A stretch of DNA of 64,000 nt from Camelus dromedarius (lineage: Eukaryota): positions 49,168,001-49,232,000 of the forward strand of contig NC_087436.1 of assembly GCF_036321535.1 (NCBI RefSeq), read 5' to 3'. How positions within the stretch are numbered: position 1 is the stretch's first letter; the number at the start of each line of letters is the position of its first letter. Shown here piece by piece: positions 63,475-64,000 of this stretch. Both the position numbers and the translations under genes were made by a program. The notes under the pieces were generated by a model, which was given only the letters and a program-made list of their open reading frames with translations, had not been told where the DNA came from and did not search any database.

Positions 63475-63946
63475 TTTTTTTTTTCTATTTATTAAAAAAA
63501 TTTTTTAAAATTGAAGTGCAGTTGATTTACAACGTTGTATAAGTTTCAGGTGTACAGCATAGTGATTCGGTTATATGTATACATAAATATGTGTGTGTGT
63601 ATATATATGGATATAACCTTTTCATATTCTTTTTCATTATAGGTTACTACAAGATAGTAAATTTAGTTCCCCGTGCTATACAGTAGGACCTTATATTTTA
63701 TCTATTTTATATATAGTAGTTTTGTATCTGCTAACCCCAAACTCCTAATTTATCCCTCCCCACGCTTTCCCTTTTGGTAACCATAAGTTTATTTTCTATG
63801 TCTGCAAGTCTGTTTCTATCTTGTAAATGAGTTCATTTGTATCATTTTTTAGATTCCCCATATACATGACAACATATGGTATTTGTCTTTCTCTGCCTGA
63901 CGTACTTCACTTAGTATGATCACCTCTAGGTCCATCCATGTTGCTT
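63475..63946 (-). mobile_element. Young L1 3' end inserted in an L2 fragment
   Basis: ttgaagtgcagttgatttacaa...ggtaaccataagttt...aggtccatccatgttgc; degenerate TSD ctc(t/c)tc..ac tttt. Confidence 0.92.
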
Positions 63947-64000
63947 CATCCTCCTCTCTACTTTTGAGCTCTGTCCAGTCAGGCTTTGGCTTGTGCCATT

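Overview
Mammalian genomic DNA, most likely camelid. This is inferred from eight copies of a Vic-1-type tRNA-derived SINE and from cetartiodactyl-type L1 3' ends. Much of the window is interspersed repeat: young 5'-truncated L1s with target-site duplications (TSDs), one decayed full-length L1 of ~6.9 kb, MaLR/ERVL solo LTRs, MIR, L2, and hAT/Tigger DNA-transposon fossils. The only supportable host-gene signal is a probable pair of + strand exons near the start: a 37-nt internal exon (2722-2758) and a probable terminal exon (3975 to ~4190) with a stop codon and AATAAA. I could not identify the gene. Nearly all ORFs in the six-frame track are chance ORFs or L1/LTR remnants. I see no convincing novel multi-gene system. 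The best leads are: (i) an ancient MLT1 LTR that is unusually CpG-rich and carries GC-box, ETS and GTGAGT donor motifs (candidate LTR promoter); (ii) a dense E-box/RUNX/AP-1-NFE2/GATA motif cluster in repeat-free DNA; (iii) an exon that could be either terminal or an 11-nt microexon; (iv) a TSD-bounded L1 that keeps both ends but lacks its middle. Repeat family names are assigned from memory of consensus sequences, not from a database search, and many boundaries are approximate.
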